Source of the DNA: Botryllus schlosseri | Taxonomy: Eukaryota | Length of the DNA: 64,000 nt | Direction of reading: 5' to 3' | NCBI GenBank assembly: GCA_051294905.1 | Contig: CM119372.1 | Coordinates: 36,952,001-37,016,000, forward strand | Shown: one piece after another, positions 1 to 12,800 of the stretch | Numbering within the stretch: the first letter of the stretch is position 1 | Layout of the letters: each line of letters begins with the position of its first letter | The notes under the pieces: model-generated | Told to the model about the DNA's origin: nothing | Databases searched by the model: none | What the model saw: only the letters and a program-made list of their open reading frames with translations | Made by a program: the position numbers and the translations under genes

Positions 1-802
1 ATGGAAACAAGAACACACGTTACAATACTTCGTGAATCATTGTATTCTCAAGACATTGATGCGTGTGGTAGGGGTTTAAGTGTAAAGTGTCGAGGAATTC
101 GTATGACAAATTGGCTTTGAGATTACAAGTTTATCTGTATTTATATAGTCAAAGACGATAGGGCTTTGGCTACGTATTATAATTTAGATATTGAAGGCAT
201 TCGGTTGCATAGTACTTCGCATAATTTCTTCCGGGTCTCAGCACTCATGCAATCCACACTTCCCTAGAAAACAGATTTAACAATTCGGAAACTCTGGGAA
301 CACTTCTTGCCATATCAATGTCGCATTAACTAATAAGCGAAGTATTTGTTGGATTACTATTATTAAAATAATTAATAATATGGAGTTTTAAGTGGCGCCT
401 GTCGCCATTGCAGGCCTTGTGCCCAGTGGACAACGATATTTTCACCGTAGGATTTGCTTCCTATGCTATACGGCAGCGATTGAAAAAGTTTTCCAACCAA
501 TATATGCTTGTTACATGTAATGATACAATCGGCGGCCGATGTAAATATTTGCGATAGGGTCAGTAGAATAATAAATGTAAGCGTTATGCTTAGCGTCATG
601 CAAGCGTCGGTGAAGAATTATTTGCTGTATAGACCCCTCCCTCCCAAACATTTTGACCAATAAAATATTTTTCCCTGGATCTTTATTTGTACCCTCAAGT
701 AAATTAAATACGTAAACCTGTCCATCGAAACACCCAACAATCCCAATAACAATGACGCATACTCATGTAATACCGTAAGCACAAGATCCATGCTATACTT
801 AC

Positions 803-3800
803 ACCGCTGAGAATTTTTCTCGCAAATATTTCCATTTCATTCCAATAGTTCACTCTCATCTCGCTGTACACATTTGTAAGCTCGGTCGCATTGACGGTAA
901 TACCCAATCCCGCGGCAAGTTCGAAGACCGTCTTCGGGTCGTCTGGTACAATTTGGGTTTGAAATTGGTAACTTGACATAAAGGGCAGTAGCTAAGTAGC
1001 AACATTTACACCTACAATGTCATACTCTTGATCGCTCTTCGATCCGTGTAAATCATGGATCTCAGACTTAAATGTGCTCGCGGGCCAATTTCCTAGTTTT
1101 TGGTGACGCCGCGGGCCGCAGCAATAATAATAATAGGGGTATTCGATGTATCATTTCCATGTAGGCCTTATTTGGCCGGACCGTGCAGACTGGCATACCA
1201 AAAATATCGTGAAAATGTATTTTACTGTTGTACTATTCATGCTTGGCACGAAAAAAAATCACATTTTCAAATATTTGAATAAAATTATTTTTGTGCTGGG
1301 CATAATTTGTAAAAAATAGTGAGTTATAGACACCATGCGAGTGAACCAATGCATCTTGACATCTGAAAAGCTGTCGCGGCATAATATTGCAGCTTGCGGA
1401 TATGTGACGTGCCACAATTATAGGTCGAATATTTTAATTTTAGCCACAATTGATCTGATATCAGAGCATATGAGCGGTGTATAGTCTACTCAGGATTTAT
1501 GGTATAGTTCTGATAAGTAGGCTATTGTTAATGTCATTGCCAAAGTCGAATTAAATCAGCGTTAGATTTGCCTTCGATTGGACAGTATTTTTTGCAATCA
1601 TACCCCTTACGCTTTCAATAACTTTTCTCGTACCCCTTGTCCATATTCAACGCAATTTCTGATAGCACTTATATTAAAATTAAAAAATTTAGTCACATAA
1701 ACTGCGCGTAGCGCGAAGAATATTTTTCGGTTGAATAAATTAGCCCAGAAAATGTTCCATTTTTTCTTGGTTTGTAAAATGGCAGTTTGATAGTATGGTG
1801 CGTCCAGTCATTTTCATTTTATCACCCAGTCAGTCTGAATTCGAGTAATGGTACGAACGGTCGCGCCCATGTCCAAATCACAACTGTCAGTCTCGAATCA
1901 TCAACGGGTCATATTTTATAATCATAAATTAGAAATGTTACACAAAGCTTATCTTCCACCGCATGGTAGCTTTTGCAAGGGATGTGATAGTGAAGGTTGA
2001 TGAAATTTCAGGTTTTTGGAGTAGTTTTAGAGTGAACATTAGGTTCTCGAATTTAAAAAAGATATGTCATAATTGAATATATTGTCGAATACTTTAAAAT
2101 CGAAAATGACGTCACTGGCCGCACAAAATGTTTTCGCAGGCCGCATGTTTGAGACCCCTGGCGTACATGACGTTTTTCAAGCATACGTGATCAAAGTAGT
2201 CAGCTGTAGTGAGTAAACTTTAGCACTAAACTTCTACTGAAGTACAAGTATAAGAACTAGTAATTCGTTGACCATGTTAAAACTACTTCAAGTAGAACTA
2301 TAATACGGAAAGTCAGCAAAATATACTCAGGCAAGTAGCTTCAAAAATAGGAATTCGTCGCAGGTCGAATACTCAAGTCCTCACTCTAATCAAAACGAAA
2401 CTTGTGTACAAATCAAGAAAGGGCATACGTCCTCTACACCAACTGACTCACTGACCACAGTGTCCAAGTAACAGGGATCTTATTAAAAATGAAATACGGA
2501 GGGCACAGGGGACTCACTTCATACAGATGAGGAACGAAGTTGATGATACTATGATAACAGTCGATTGTATTCTCTTGGTAATTGCCAAATACGCATATCT
2601 ATTAGGATAAATCTTGCAATATCACCGTGAATCGTTTTCTCACCAATTTTAGCTCTTGAAGCGCAAATGCTCATGTCAAGAGGCGGGTAGTGCATGACGA
2701 AAGCAAGGCACATCTCACTTGTTGTGGGTAAACCTCCCTGAAATATATCTTATTTCAAATAACTACACCTACAATGACATGCAACAACTTGATCGGAACC
2801 GGCGTGATTTTATCTCTATCCTCCGTTGCATAGTCGCATTCCAGCGTCAATGAATCTCCCGCTTTCAATATTTTTGGTTCCTCAAAGTACAACGCTTCCT
2901 GATAGTTGAAATCATAGTATTCATCTCTTGCCATAGCTTGCAATTCGGTGCCGTTCCTGATTAGTTGTAGAAGACAAAACATGGCTTTACATCAGTGTTT
3001 CTTAGCCTCTGCGCTAATGACCACTGACCACTGACCACTGACCAGTGTTCGAGTCACACCAAAGACCGAATCAGTTGACTTGACATAAGACAAAATGTTC
3101 AGTATCGTAATGTGACTCGTCACACTGGTGACTAGAAGGTAGTGAGTTGGGACTTCTTCCTATACTTACTACTGACGAAAATGGTAGGTTTTTAGATTTA
3201 AAGGGGACGGTAGAGGCCGTTTGGGCATAGTACGTTCTTGCTCCAAAACGGCGCACCTTTCTAGGCATTGACTGTTTATGAAATTAATATAAAACCAAAT
3301 CAAGCATCGGTGTTGAATATGGAAGGAATTACTCTATAATAAAGTTCAAAATATATTGACACTAATCATTTTTGCCGTTGTTCTGAACACTTAGAAAATC
3401 AGCGCTAATTATAGTCATTCCGATCTCAAGATCTCATCATTGCTTTCATTTGCTTCACGTGCGCTATGCTAAGAAGCATTACAGTGTGCCCACTTTCAAC
3501 ATAATAAATGTCTGATGATTTAAAGCAATAGAGGGCAAACTACGGCCCGCGGTCCGCATGCGGCCCGCAACACCGTTTTGTGCAAGCCGTGAAAGCCTCA
3601 AGAAACGTAAAATTACCATAGTATTTTCTATTTCATTGATGGCGCGATGGCCCGACCTCGAGGCCCATGAATTTCGAAAGTTTTCAATTACTAAACATCA
3701 CAAAATGTGATCGCGGCTTACTGACTCTAAGGGCGAAGATAATGAAGTTATGATTGGCAATGAAGTCTATTATCGCGTTCATCAGGATTTATCACCCCAG

Positions 3801-6800
3801 GATTACGGAAATCGGTTGATCGCTGCGCATAAAGCTAGTTTTGATGTCATGATTTAACAAACTATAACAAACTACAGAAAACTATAGGTATCTATAAAAA
3901 CTGCGTACACTACGAACTCTGCGTCCACTGCGTACCATTCCTACGCGCAAATATTTCTGATGATGACCATGCCGATTATTTCCCATGTAATGGCTTCGCT
4001 AAACAATCAACGAATTATGTACCTACCATTGCAGAGCTATTATCAATATTCTATAATCCGTTTCTTAGCTGTACCGTACTAATTGGACGTGACTTTCATT
4101 TCGCAATGATGATAATTTTACCCATTACAGTGACAGTATCGTTATGAGAAGGCTGCTGTCTCATTCAACAAATTGACAACTGACAGCCAATAACGCGTTT
4201 TCGCATTATGATGCCACAGTTTACACCATTTGATTGGAAACTCGAGAAACCTCGACTAATCATCGCGCGTAACCTTTTCCAACTGTATGCGTCTCGATCA
4301 GCGGTATTTAATCACACGATGAGCCTTCTTCGGATCAGCTAACTTTATGATCTCCGCCAAAAATGCGTCCCGATTAACAGTTTTTAATTACATGATTAGC
4401 ATTCTCGCGGATAAGCTAGCTTTATTATCTCCGCCCTCATTTACATCCCGTTCCAAGAATAGGGACAACAGACTTTCGACCCTGATTTCAACAACTCGAG
4501 AACGACCAGCTTATAAATTCTCGTCAATATTTCTGACACGTTTACGTTATCATGAAATCAATGTTTGGTTTGCTTTAAATTTACAAATACATTAATATTA
4601 TTTCCACGTCGTCGGTCACCATAATATAATCTAACAATATCGAATTTTGGCTTTCATCACAATTTTATATCGTGTGGCACGCAAATGGATTAAAATGTTG
4701 AATGCGGCCCGATAGCTAAAAAGTTTGCCCACCCTTGATTTAGAGTAACGAAAGAAAATTGTTAGTATACTTACTTCATCGCGAATCTGATATGGTCTCA
4801 CGGTCGTTAACCCTATATATCTGAGTCCATACCCCAAGGTTTATACGACAGCCTGATTTGACACCAAAATAGTAAAAACTTATTATTGTTAATTGTCCGT
4901 CGATCCCGAAATAGTTGCACATTGTTACTAAATTACTTTTAAAGTACCTCATTTCCTTCAAGTAGAGTAAAAAATGAAAGATGTGAAAGTACTCATGTAA
5001 TTAGCTTAAAAAAGTGATTTTCGTTGACTCGTCGCATACTTTCAGTATTAAATTGGACGTGATATACTATGCAAATCTAATGATACGTGGCCATGTAAAA
5101 ACCGTTATAGATACACTACAAATAGCTGCAATTTTATAAAATTCGCACAACGTGATGCAATCTTTTTTTCGCAAAGTTGTTACGATAATTTCATCAGTAA
5201 AAGTTATGAGCAACTTGAAAAAAATTGCTTTACAAATTCAATCGCATAAAAATGAATCTTGCTTCACGGACTGACTGTGCTAGTTGAAGTGAAAGTAACA
5301 CACCCACTTGAGTAGGGGGCGCACGTAATTATGTAAAGCTTCCAAAAAGTCGAAGTACTTCGATATTGACCAACTCTGCGATTAACTATTGTTACCGCGT
5401 CTGTTTGATAACATCATGAATACGACGAGAAAATTATACTAGCCTGCATTACCTGTAATGGCGTAGCCTCATGGCTCGTCCGGCGAGATGCGAATGGAAA
5501 AATACTCCGAAGACTTTTACCTCGTCTAGGCCAGACTTTTCCATTCCCTGGAAAATAAATTTCAGCGTTTGAAAGTAACGTAGCCTGCCGCTAACACCGT
5601 AAACTACACAGTAGGGTTGTCCATAATTTGGAAAATCTCAAAATTTATGCGTATCCATGTCTCATTCTACGGGTTATAGTTAAAAAACGTCAATGGACCT
5701 GCAATTAGCTCACAGGAACATCGTTAACATTTGTCTAAATGCGTTTGAAAGTAGCTGCCGTAGAGCAGGCGTGTCAGCGACCATAGAACGGCAAGCAGAC
5801 TTGTAATCACGAAATCACGGCGTTTGATTGGCTAATCTGTTATGCTTCAATGATCACGACGTTGATCTGCTGGTCAAGGAGTCGGCTAACGACGTTGATT
5901 CTGAAAGCGCATTGTAGATTGGTCCGCAAATAATGATTTAGGATTAATTCAGAACATGCTGAGTTACGAAATACATGATGAACAAAGAACAGCTGCTTCA
6001 CAATCGCTTTAAATACATGACTGGGTGGCTTATTGTGAAGGTAACCGTTGTGGCCCGTATGCCTTGATTTCATTCATGGAAAGCGGAAAAATATTGGAAA
6101 GGCGCTTATGCAAGTGGCAAACGAATTTCTAGTTTCAGAGGGGATGCACCATCATTGAATACAAATATAAAACTTAACACTGACACTACTTTGTCTGATC
6201 TTATTAGGCTGTTGTCGTGGTATATAATTGAAGTCTTGAATGCTCTAAGGGCTGGATGAATCTCTCATTTATGCTTGACACTTGTCAGATTACTGCAGCA
6301 TAATGAATCATACCCGCAAGTGCTTTTAAAGTCCTCAATGATGTCGCACATGAGGTCTAAAGACGATCACAGCTATGCCGGTAGGACCAGCAAAAAGACA
6401 GTTTGCTTGCATTGCCTAGCATGTCCTTGATGAATCTTAGATCATTACCGGCTGCATCACGACTAATGCTTGAATCAAACCAGATGGACATAAAAAGGAT
6501 GTATTGAAGCGGTGTGGTAGTTACTCTTCTTCATAAATCCAATGTAAGCTACCTGGTCGGCCCACATATCTTCTGAGCATACAGGAATCTCACATGGTAT
6601 GCTGCACCAGTTTGGCGATGTCTAATATGCCTTACCTGCACCCAGAAAAGCAGGACCACTTGGCGCAATCTCAAGCATATCAGATATATATTTCCGGGAT
6701 CCATATACTTAGCTCTATAAGTTCACAATCATTCGCTGTTTCACCTCTGTCATGCCTGCAAGAGGCTATTGTTGCGCTAAATCTATCAGTGCCTAGTCTT

Positions 6801-9800
6801 AACATTAAAACATTCAATGACCAGATGTCTCATTTTATTATCAAATCATCGACGAAGGCTACAATAATGCGCTTACAGAATCATTGCCGTTAGCGAACGT
6901 CTTGAACTAGTAGAAGCACATAATCAGCAAGCCGCTGTGGTAGTGATCATTCAAGCATAGCTGATTATCCAATCAAGAGACGTGATTTCGTGATTACTAG
7001 TCTATTCGCCGTTCTATGGTCGCTAACACGCCCACTCTACGTCAGCAACTTTCAAACGCATTTAGACAAATGTTAACGACTTTTCTATGAGCTTATTGCA
7101 GGTTCATTGACGTTTTTTATCAATAATCTACAGAACGAGACATGGATACGCATCTTTTTTGACATTTTCCAAATTATGGACAACCCTACTACACAGACAT
7201 AAACTGGAAAATATGTCGTGAATGAACCAGAATGGTAAAATTAGGTGGATTTCGTAACTCATATTTTGCGCCCGCCACTTACTGTTCGATAAACATACTT
7301 TTCTTAGAAATTAATATACTATCCCATATATATATATATCCCCATTCACCTTACTCAAACACTCATCCCGGCAATATCCTCCAACCCTGTACCTGGTTGC
7401 TCCGGGAGGGATCCATATCGTAGATATCGTTTGCGAAACATCGAATAACGATGACAAAAATTGCGGAGGTTCTCGAACGAATGAAAGGCGCAAGCCAGAG
7501 CTGTCACGGAACTCTAAAGAGAATATAATTCCACAAACATGTTCGGTAAAGTCATTTCTTGCTAAGGGGACCCAATTATTATATAGTCATCACCAGTAGT
7601 ATATACCCCTTGGCAAACCAGAATATTGACATGTAACCGGATGCGGAAAAGAATTACCTCTTCTATTTTGGAATAATCGAGTTTATTAATACTTTCAACT
7701 GCTTAATCAAATGGGTATGTTTTGGGTTGCTTCTGCGTCTACTTCGATTTGTTGTTAAAAACTAATTACTTTTCTACTTTATGTTTTGTGCAGTAGAAAT
7801 AGTTTTAGGGTTTGTCATCATGACGTTTACGACGGAGATTGTAATTAATACCAAGTGAATTAAGCACTGTGTCATGATAACGTGCCTATGTTTTTGAAAA
7901 CTTAATTATTAATTACTACTGACAAATACTTGTGTTCTTTCTAAACTTCATTTTCTATGTTAACTTCAAGTAGCCTTGACAAGACTTGGTAGTCGCTACT
8001 ATAATTTGTAAATGAAAATAAAGGTGTGGCGGTAAAATTAATTCTCCTAAAGTGCCAAGTATGACTAAGTTTACCCCATGTTGAGCTGTACAATTTGAAA
8101 CAAACGCGGAAGGATAGTATGAAAACATACTTCTAGTGGAATTGAACGAGGTCATGGTTTATGAATTTCTCATTTTCTCCATTTTTCAATGTTTTACCAA
8201 TTGGCTGCGCTACATGTTACTAAAAGTTGATTTACCAGGATTACAGCTGCTTTAATAAGGGCAGGGTGGTCGCACTAATATCTACGCCACTTCGCTCCTA
8301 AAATTCGTAATAAGAAAGAAAATGATAGAAATCTGGAAACTGATTCCAACTCCGACCACACCAAAAGTGCGACTCGGGCTCGGACCACAACGTGGCCACA
8401 AATTTTCCGAATTCAAACACCAACTCCTCAGCCGACTGAATCATGACTGTTCCATTCATAGAATGTGCCATACACAAGTAAAATTATGTTGTTTAGGTCA
8501 AAGTATGACGCAGTGTGCAGAGGTTCGTATACGCAGGGATCATCGAACGCGCAAAGGGTGAACCAGCTCCCTTGGGTGACGAAGATAGGTTTCTAGGTAA
8601 GATAGAATATTACCCAGCCTCGACCTGTTCAATAAGCATTTTCCACTGCATTCTCTATTCACTAATATTTCTCATTCAGCAAATCTTTATGATGATAAAT
8701 GTTCTCTTGGATTCCGATGTATATTAACACATGCGTGGATGTGGATTGGGAAATAGCACACATTTAAATGCTACTCTTATTATGTCTCATGACTTGACGC
8801 AGCTTCGAATACAATTACGAATCTGCTCTCGACATTGAAACGCGTTATGTTAGTTGTCGAGTCCAGCAGATTGTTATCGGATCGTCGATACTACCGAGTC
8901 GATATCACACTTTGCACGAAATAGCGGTATATGTTATTAGACTGCCACAGCTAGACTGGAAAATTGATCTATTATTCCATAACTTTCACGCAGAAGAGGT
9001 CAACGTAGTTATCGCTGGTCACGCCGTACATTTCGACTGAAGTACAAGCATAAGTAAAAGTAGTAATTTCCAAAATATTTATAAGTGAATATACTTGACC
9101 TGGTTTAGCATAAAAACTGAAAATTGTTGAGGTGAAGTATAAACAGTTTTGAAATCATAACCAATTTTTGTAATTAGCGCAACTACGCCAAACCTACTTG
9201 AGTAGCCTAATCTGAATCTTTTGAAATATGCCTGCGATATTTTAAAATATCGGCTGTATATACCGGGGTTATCAGTTATTTGTTTTATCGGTATCAGCTC
9301 GTCCAATTCGATATTCTTCAGACTCTAGATTAGTGGTTCCCAGCCGGTGGAGAATTCCACACTGGTGGGGAATTCAATTTCTGGTGGGGAATAGACGCAT
9401 TGTTAAACATTATATACAGGATAGTCTTCATATTTGTGGAGGCACATGGGCGATTGCCATTACCAGTTAACTGCTCTGGAATGTATGTACCAAAAATGAT
9501 AAATTGAAGGTGTCCTCAGTGGACGCCTAAATATCTTTTTTGGGGAGTTTGTCCTCTTTTTATCTGAGAAGGATATAATTGCCACGAAACATGCGACTCC
9601 AACGCGGCGAACATCGGAGATTTGTAAAACATCGGTAGGCGAGTCAAAGTGATAACCTTTTTTTAGTCAACACAATGCTATCAGTCGAAAAGTTTTCAAA
9701 ATCACCAGTTTTCTTGGAGCTTTCAGAGTTGATAAAAAGTGTCCTCTTTTTAGGATGTCAAAATATGGTGGCCCTATTTTAAAGAGTATATAAGTGTTTT

Positions 9801-12800
9801 GGATAGAGTGGAATGAAGACTCGGAATAAATCTGAAGTGGGGAATGATGACAAAAAGGTTGGGAACCCCTGCTCTAGATCGTTGGCATTGCGGGAATGGA
9901 TTACCTCGTTTTTCGGGGTTATCATAGTGCATCTCAATCATGACATATTGAGGGTGGCTGGTGGCTCCACCGAGAGGGAATCCACTGTTTTCCGGAAATC
10001 GAATACCGCTTGAACCTACGGCCCACCCTCCTAGCACTTTGTTACACCCCACGCTGAATGGGTGAACCTGTTCGTAGCACTTGTAGTCGATCTCTAGTTG
10101 CTCCTCTGTCTGTAGATGACAAAGGTAAGAGCATAAGGAGTGATACATCGCACTGCGGTAGAGTTGCATTTACTCACCACATCTACATCGCATAGATATA
10201 TAGTGGCGTGGTGTACATTCTTTTCATTTCCCTTCTGCAACAGTGGCCGGATCTGTAACACGATCATGGCTATTGTCTATTTTGACATGTAGTGTAACTA
10301 CCGCATTCGATCAACTTTGAAGAGTTTCTTGAAGGCAAAAAACCTCAATACACCATTGAATATTCATATTGCAATGAACACACCTATTTTAGACCGACAC
10401 TCGTCAGAGCTAATCATCAACAACGGTAAAGAATTGGGCAGGACCTTGCATATCTACCAAAGTATCGCTAAGTATGACGTCATCGGCAAAGAGATCGCTT
10501 AGGCCCAAAGGGCTATTTTGCATGATACACGAACTCTTTCTGTTGGCTGGAACCAACAAGATTGGCGAATTTTGATAAAGGTCGACTCCAAGGCACACAC
10601 ACAAACTTTTGAACGGCATCTTGCCAGTATAGAATTACATGAGCAGTTGGTACAATGAAATAAAATCGAAAGATTCACATTTAGTATATCCGATATGATT
10701 TTCTCACAGCAAAATCACAGTATTGCTAACTTTTTACAACCACTTGCAGCATTACAACATTGGTCGCTACTGAACAGCTGTAACAACAATTTGAAACCAA
10801 TCAATGAATTTCCGCATCACCCTGCGCGACGTAACCAGAAGTGGCCAGACACGAATTACTTCTACTTTTTTGAAGTACTCAAGTAGTTATCCTCTACTTC
10901 TAGTACTTACTCAATATAACTATTTTTTCCGCTTCTTCTTTTACTATACAATAGTTTATGATTTACTTACTTACTTTTCGCTATTTAAAGTGTGTGAAGT
11001 AGAAGTATTATTATATTCTTCCAATGAGCGAGAGAGAAAATGAGACGGAGAAATTTAGGGACTTTTTTCGCGGAGTAGCAACAATAATAATTTAATTATC
11101 ACAAAAGTTAAGGAAAGCTCATGATTTTCGTTGTGCTTCACGCGAAATGAATATCAAGTGACAATGAATGTTTTCACAAAGTGTTAGTCAGTATTATTTA
11201 GGTAGAAGGTTCTTTTCAAACTGTATTGTCGTCCATACGACATGTATCATCGCAGTCAATATGGCTCATAACAATATTTGAAACTATGTAATCGTCATCT
11301 AGCATTCTAGTTGCACAGTGCACAGCGAGTGTTTAAATAGAAAAAAGTGGTACTCGACTTTTTAGCGTTAGACTTTTTAGCGTCAATCACCGTTGAAACT
11401 GTATGGACAAAATACATGAAATGTATTTCCTCTTTTTAAATATTGTATTTTTAATTCTCTTTATGCACGGTAGTTACAGAGAGGTATTGCAATTAATCTG
11501 AGTTCTTTTGTCAGGAGAACATGCACGTAGAAGTTTAAAATTACGTAGTAAAACTCAATGTAAATGGGATTTCACGAGATACCATATTGTTGTTTCACGT
11601 AACAATCATCGCGCAAATCGGTAATGCCCCATTCTGATACAACTTGGTATTGCTTTTTGCCTCAACGGGCCTCTTAATACGACATTAGCTGAAATGGAGC
11701 TCCGGAGTATATAAAAGTATGAGCCCCTTTTCCAAGCAAAACTGTCATGTGCATCCCACGATGCGGCTTAATTCTTATGTGTAGAAACTTTGTACTGAGC
11801 AGCACGAACTCAGCTCATTGTATCATCCGAAGGGCTCAGTTCCCGCCTTTTGACACCTCGTGAGAACGTATTTACGACTGCTTCTCATAACTACTTATTT
11901 ACTTGCTAACTTTAGTAGATTTTAGCGTCGCTACTTCTACTTTTACTTGAAGTGGTTTTAGGATGTATTTAAAATGACTTCTCCTACTCGTTCTTGAGTG
12001 TATTTTAGTTTCGATACTTATACTTCTATTTGAACAGGTTTCTGAACCTCTTTGGCTACCTCTGATGTAACTGATTCGATATCATATTTGCAATGCTTCC
12101 TACGCTCCTTGTTACGTCAACATTACCTGCAGCAAGAACCAGTCAATAATGTACACGTCGAGAGATAAAGTCTCGCCATCTCATCCGTGTAGGCGGTGTC
12201 TTATGAAAGCCTAGAAGTGAGCCGTGCTACAAGTCGGCAGCTACAGAATAAAAAGCAAGGATATGGGCCTGGTGTAAATGACCAGAATAGTTGAAAAAAC
12301 CCATGAGCACCTCAAACAACAACAACAACTCTCTTGAGGTTTGTGTATCTGACTATCCCGTGTTTAGACACGCATCAACTATATTTCTTGTACTATGTAA
12401 TATAGAGTGTGAATCTTGTCGATATCGCCACAACAAACACTTAGATCCTAAATTGAATATAACTTAGCGTCCTGTTCGTCATTCCCGCGGACTTCACATT
12501 ATCCGTCCCACGTGTGTTTACTGTGTTAGTTAGGATATTCAGGCTAGATAGTGCTGACGGATACTTACTTCAGTAATATAAATTGTTTCATTAGCTTCTG
12601 CGACTTTGATGAACTTGCACAAATAGTATGTTTCGGTTGCGGGAACAAAAAATTCATCAGGACCGACGTCCGTATACGATTCCTGTCGAATTTTCCCTGA
12701 ATTATATTGTAAGGATGAGGTTTCTGCCAATCTTCGTAGGTAAAAGCGTGTTGTACGGTGGTATGACGTTACGGATCTAGTGGGAAACATTTATCAAAAC

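Noticed and set aside
1-802. Exons 19-20 of gene A (ORF 372-599 and cag|ATAAACTTGTAA near 135)
   Set aside because: No similarity to IKWTD or PFRDEF of gene B, and the near-135 candidate has an immediate stop; these exons probably lie left of the window.
2518-2598. 81-nt AG..GTGAGT-flanked candidate cassette exon between E17 and E18 of gene A
   Set aside because: Entered in phase 1 it hits an in-frame TAG, the upstream intron would be only 45 bp, there is no counterpart in gene B, and E17 splices in frame to E18 without it.
3016-3045. Short tandem repeats (GACCACT x4 here; 15-bp duplications near 50405 and 61315; GATTAC arrays) as possible CRISPR-like arrays
   Set aside because: No unique spacers and a eukaryotic context; these are simple slippage repeats or TE subterminal motifs.
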